This document shows positions 63,089 through 64,000 of a stretch of 64,000 nt of DNA, piece after piece. The stretch is from positions 33,604,001-33,668,000 of the forward strand of contig OX597821.1 in the NCBI GenBank assembly GCA_951406725.2, in the 5' to 3' direction. Made by a program: the position numbers and the translations under genes. The notes under the pieces were generated by a model, which saw only the letters and a program-made list of their open reading frames with translations, did not search any database and was not told the DNA's origin. This DNA comes from Octopus vulgaris. Lineage: Eukaryota. Each line of letters opens with the position of its first letter. Position 1 is the stretch's first letter.

Positions 63089-64000
63089 TCATAATGTTTA
63101 TTTATTCACATTGTTTTGAATTAGTCTCACATTATTTTGTAGCTTTGAAATATCGATGATGTGGTTGCCTATTGTTTTAAAAATGACATTGCAAGGTAGG
63201 TGTGAGAGGCTAGATCTGGCCAGTTTGAACATAAAACAGGCAGAATATTTTGGCTGGATATGGTGGGTTTAAAAGACAAATTTTTTTTTTTAAACCCCAA
63301 AGTAGTCTCAGACAAGTTGGTATCAAGAAGATTAACCATAGTATTGAATAATAAACCATTTAAGGTTCTTGATTGGCACTAGCTGTTGGAAATCTACAAA
63401 GTGCTCTTGAACAGTTTCAGAAAATTTTGTAGTTACATATTACAGTATGGTCTGAAAGTCTCTGTGGAGCTTATAATGGATCCTGTTTGCTAAGAGTCAC
63501 TTTGGTAAAATTTGGACAATGGACACTAAGAGAATTAGCTGAAATGCTAGAATACTAGACAAAATGCCTTGCTGTATTTAGGTGTGTATTCAAGTTCTGT
63601 ATTTCAAGTTCAAATTACACTGATATAAACATTGCCTGTCAGCCTTCTTGGGTCAATAAAATAAAGTACCAGTTAAATATTGGGATCGCTATAATCAACT
63701 TTGAACTGTCTTGATATTTGAGGCCTTGTGTCCTTGTTAGCTATCAATATTTATTTTTGCGTTTCCTCTACAGCTGTTACAGATGTTGGCTAAGTGATAA
63801 AGCGCTTTAGTTGTTTAACCTGCAGGGTAGACGTGATTATGTAGACATGATTTTGTTGATATTATCCAAAACATTTTCATTACCCATCATGTCTTTTGAT
63901 ATATGTGGCACTGTGTTATTTACTGTGTCTGTCTCTTCAGAATGGTTGGATGTGATTGGTGGTGGGATGTGGTTTGTTTTTAGCAATTTGATCGACTACT

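Overview
AT-rich, repeat-dense eukaryotic non-coding DNA. The repeat repertoire (tRNA-headed SINEs with internal CA/TA microsatellites, RTE-clade LINE tails ending in (ATG)n, abundant MITEs) looks like a coleoid cephalopod, most likely Octopus; this is inferred from recognition, not from a search. I find no intact protein-coding gene and no true tRNA, rRNA or CRISPR. The recognisable protein sequences are all decayed transposon ORFs: RTE LINEs, a CRE-like restriction-like-endonuclease retroelement (30218-30757), a DD37D/maT transposase (25486-25917) and a Tigger/pogo transposase (43921-44761). The most distinctive feature is a group of GG...CC-ended MITEs, most with 8-bp target duplications, that all carry an internal telomere-like TTAGGG core: ten ~400-bp copies plus several sibling designs (84-86 bp, ~150 bp, ~400 bp, 607-bp foldback). 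Other notable items are two candidate promoter/first-exon regions (~2.6 kb, possibly bidirectional, and ~36.4 kb), a compact multi-hairpin RNA-like structure (3504-3625), a degenerate hammerhead-like motif, a 47-bp minisatellite derived from a retroelement tail, and several template-switch/inversion scars. All alignments and counts were done by eye.
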